64,000 nt of DNA from a virus (Duplodnaviria > Caudoviricetes). A program made the position numbers and the translations under genes. Position 1 is the first letter of the stretch, and each line of letters begins with the position of its first letter. The stretch is from positions 2,613-66,612 of the IMG/VR virus record IMGVR_UViG_2829772224_000004; one strand, written 5' to 3'. The notes beneath the pieces were generated by a model. The model saw nothing but the letters and a program-made list of their open reading frames with translations. It was not told where the DNA came from and ran no database searches. Shown piece by piece: positions 62,236-64,000 of the stretch.

Positions 62236-62457
62236 CTATCTGATCTTCCTGATGCGGCCTTTCTCTATGAAAAAGGCGCCGTTTGTCCCGCCTTGCCGCG
62301 CAAGATCACTCTGCAATTCGTCCCACGTACCGAGATATTCGCCGCAGTCATCGCATACTATCGGCGTGTCTGACTTGGCGTCCTCTGGAATCCTCAGCCG
62401 GATCGTCTTGCAGTAGGGGCATTCCAGCTTGTGGTTCAGATATCGTGCCTCAGCCAT
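62236..62457 (-). CDS. Small zinc-ribbon protein
   Basis: CPYC...CDDC; RBS GGAGG. Confidence 0.75.
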   Translation of the reverse strand: MAEARYLNHKLECPYCKTIRLRIPEDAKSDTPIVCDDCGEYLGTWDELQSDLARQGGTNGAFFIEKGRIRKIR

Positions 62458-62632
62458 AGCGATACCTCCGCCAAGAAAACGGGAACGATTGAGCGTATCG
62501 CGACCAACGCAAATTTCAAGAATGTTCCGCGAACCGGGTCAAGAAGGCGGACAGCGCCAAGAGGCGGCCGGGGCGTGATGCCTTGCCGGCATGAGCCACG
62601 CTGCCGAGAGGTGGTGGGGCTTTCTCTGCGTT

Positions 62633-62767
62633 TCAGAGTGTCGGCCACATCAGCCACATCGCCGCGATGTTGGCGCAGGCCGCGACGATCCAGCCAATGA
62701 CTGACCGATGCCAGATCGCGAAAGCCGAGATGGCAATCGCGGCAATCGAGAAAAGCACGGGGCTCAT
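62633..62767 (-). CDS. Small 2-TM peptide (44 aa, not in ORF track)
   Basis: MSPVLFSIAAIAISAFAIWHRSVIGWIVAACANIAAMWLMWPTL; ATGA overlap with the RHH gene stop. Confidence 0.55.
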   Translation of the reverse strand: MSPVLFSIAAIAISAFAIWHRSVIGWIVAACANIAAMWLMWPTL

Positions 62768-63057
62768 GGGGTGTCGTCCTCAATTCGCACCGGCAGATAT
62801 GCGCCTTTCTCCAGCCATTCACGGATGATGACGCGGATCAGGTCTTTCCTGTTCATCTTGAGATCGTATGCGAGCGCGTCGATTGCCTCGTTGACATCGG
62901 GCTCAAGCACAATGCCTTCGACGTTGCGCAGGCGGATCGCAGCCCGGCGCAGCATGATCTGCAGATCGGCGCGGCTGATGTCCGCGATCCGGTTCGATGC
63001 ACTTTCCATCTCGTCGGCGAAGTCGATGCGGGTGCTCATGGGCCGCAGCGTATTCAT
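62764..63057 (-). CDS. Ribbon-helix-helix (CopG-like) protein
   Basis: IVLEPDVNEAIDALAYDLKMNRKDLIRVIIREWL. Confidence 0.75.
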   Translation of the reverse strand: MNTLRPMSTRIDFADEMESASNRIADISRADLQIMLRRAAIRLRNVEGIVLEPDVNEAIDALAYDLKMNRKDLIRVIIREWLEKGAYLPVRIEDDTP

Positions 63058-63070
63058 GCGAAGTCAGATT

Positions 63071-63952
63071 TCAAGGGGTGAGGATTTCGGTCACCGTCGC
63101 GTGGCGCAGTTTCTCCTCGCCGCGCAAGTGCTTGGCCATGACCTTCAGGACGGGATGCACCGGCACCGCGCCCTTGTTACCGGCGCCGATGGGTGTCGCG
63201 AAGTGGCTGGTGTGCAGGAACTCCAGCGCCTGCCAGAGATTGTCGCGTTCCTCTCGGGCTATGGCCGGTATGGCACGGCCGACGTACCGCATGCTTGCAT
63301 CGGTCTCCTCGGCAAGCAGAAGGGATGGTGCGGCGCCTCGCTTACGCTCATACCCAATCACCACGAACTCGCCTGTGATGTAGGCCTTCGTCTTCAGCCA
63401 GTCCTTGCTGTCGCCGCTCCTGTACGAGCTAGCCTTGCGCTTCGATACGATGCCTTCGAGGTGCATCTTTTCGACCTCGGCAAAGAACTTGGCACCAGAT
63501 CCCTCGAATGATTGGCTGAACTGGATCGGCGAGGTGCTGCGCGGATCGCCTATCAGTTCGTGAAGACGCAACCGGCGATCGTCGCAGCGCTGCTTGCGGA
63601 GATCGTTGCCGTCGAGCCCGAGCAGATCGAAGGCGTAGAAGATCAGGCTGGCGTTTTCCCAGCGGATCGCGGTCGCAAGCTTCTTGAAGTCGGATCGGCC
63701 GGATTCGTCCTGCACCACCATCTCGCCATCGAGGATCGCGTCGCGGGTGATCAGGTCGCGCGCCGCAGACAAGACCGATGCATACTTCTTCGACCAGTCA
63801 TGGCCGTTGCGGGTGAAGGCCCGCGCGTGGCCGCCAGCGATATGGATCTGCGTCCGGTAGCCGTCGTATTTGATCTCGTGTGTCCATCGGTCGCCTTCGG
63901 GCGGCTCTTCCACGAGCGTCGGGATGCAGGGCGGAATGAAGATGCTTGCCAC
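63071..63952 (-). CDS. ATP-dependent DNA ligase (LigD ligase-domain type)
   Basis: EIKYDGYR motif I, LDGEMV, FYAFDLL, EGIVSKR, WLKTK. Start uncertain: GTG at 63952, or the frame extends to/through 64000. Confidence 0.9.
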   Translation of the reverse strand: MASIFIPPCIPTLVEEPPEGDRWTHEIKYDGYRTQIHIAGGHARAFTRNGHDWSKKYASVLSAARDLITRDAILDGEMVVQDESGRSDFKKLATAIRWENASLIFYAFDLLGLDGNDLRKQRCDDRRLRLHELIGDPRSTSPIQFSQSFEGSGAKFFAEVEKMHLEGIVSKRKASSYRSGDSKDWLKTKAYITGEFVVIGYERKRGAAPSLLLAEETDASMRYVGRAIPAIAREERDNLWQALEFLHTSHFATPIGAGNKGAVPVHPVLKVMAKHLRGEEKLRHATVTEILTP

Positions 63953-64000
63953 GGCCACCTTCCCTGTAATGACCGGCGCGCCTCCGGCTGAGTCATCCAT

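Larger units (their letters stand above)
1..64000. mobile_element. Temperate lambda/HK97-like siphovirus prophage (both ends outside the window)
   Basis: Complete syntenic set: cI/cro switch, recombination, replication, HNH, terminase, portal, protease, HK97 capsid, tail, tape measure, tip, lysis. No integrase or att seen inside the window. Confidence 0.97.

Noticed and set aside
62506-62528. Minus-strand EcfG-type promoter for the Zn-ribbon gene
   Set aside because: The GGAAC-to-CGTT spacing is 14 nt, shorter than the 16-17 consensus.
1-64000. Canonical CtrA boxes (TTAA-N7-TTAA)
   Set aside because: By eye TTAA is rare (e.g. near 14080, 35225, 41632, 57294) and never paired at 7 bp; a PWM scan is needed to exclude weak sites.
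1-64000. Integrase, excisionase, att sites or IS elements
   Set aside because: No tyrosine/serine recombinase or transposase motifs are present; the prophage boundaries lie outside the window.

Overview
The whole 64-kb window is one temperate, lambda/HK97-like siphoviral prophage of an alphaproteobacterial host. The host is probably Rhizobiales, inferred from the GcrA-, CtrA- and GapR-like genes and the high GC content. The integrase and att sites lie outside the window, and the leftward early operon runs off the left edge. Gene order: (1) Leftward early operon, about 1-12143: ASCH-like, DnaA-domain-IV-like, J-domain, DEDDh exonuclease, a YqaJ recombination module and many small ORFs. (2) cI/cro immunity switch with readable 17-bp operators (ATAGCG-N5-CGCTAT) and PL/PR/PRM promoters. 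(3) Rightward early/middle operon: GcrA-like, GapR-like, RuvC-like, a CtrA-like regulator whose receiver domain has lost every phosphorylation residue, a truncated N6-methylase-like protein, a HerA-type ATPase fused to five HTH repeats, ParB, and primase plus AAA helicase. Two arrays of TGT(C/A)CCC repeats follow the helicase. (4) HNH, a cos-like region, a split ParB/DNA-methylase pair, terminase, portal, protease and HK97 capsid. (5) Neck region with an inserted 1000-aa Gly/Ala/Ser-repeat fibre module, then tail tube, frameshifted chaperones, tape measure, tail tip and fibre. (6) Lysis cassette with M15 endolysin, holin and spanins. (7) Right-end accessory genes including an ATP-dependent DNA ligase. 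Several opposite-strand morons interrupt the operons. The most notable signal is the clustered set of host cell-cycle regulator mimics (GcrA, GapR, pseudo-receiver CtrA, plus a DnaA-IV domain in the left operon) next to a HerA-5xHTH/ParB/methylase-like block. All assignments come from motif recognition by eye; no database search was run.
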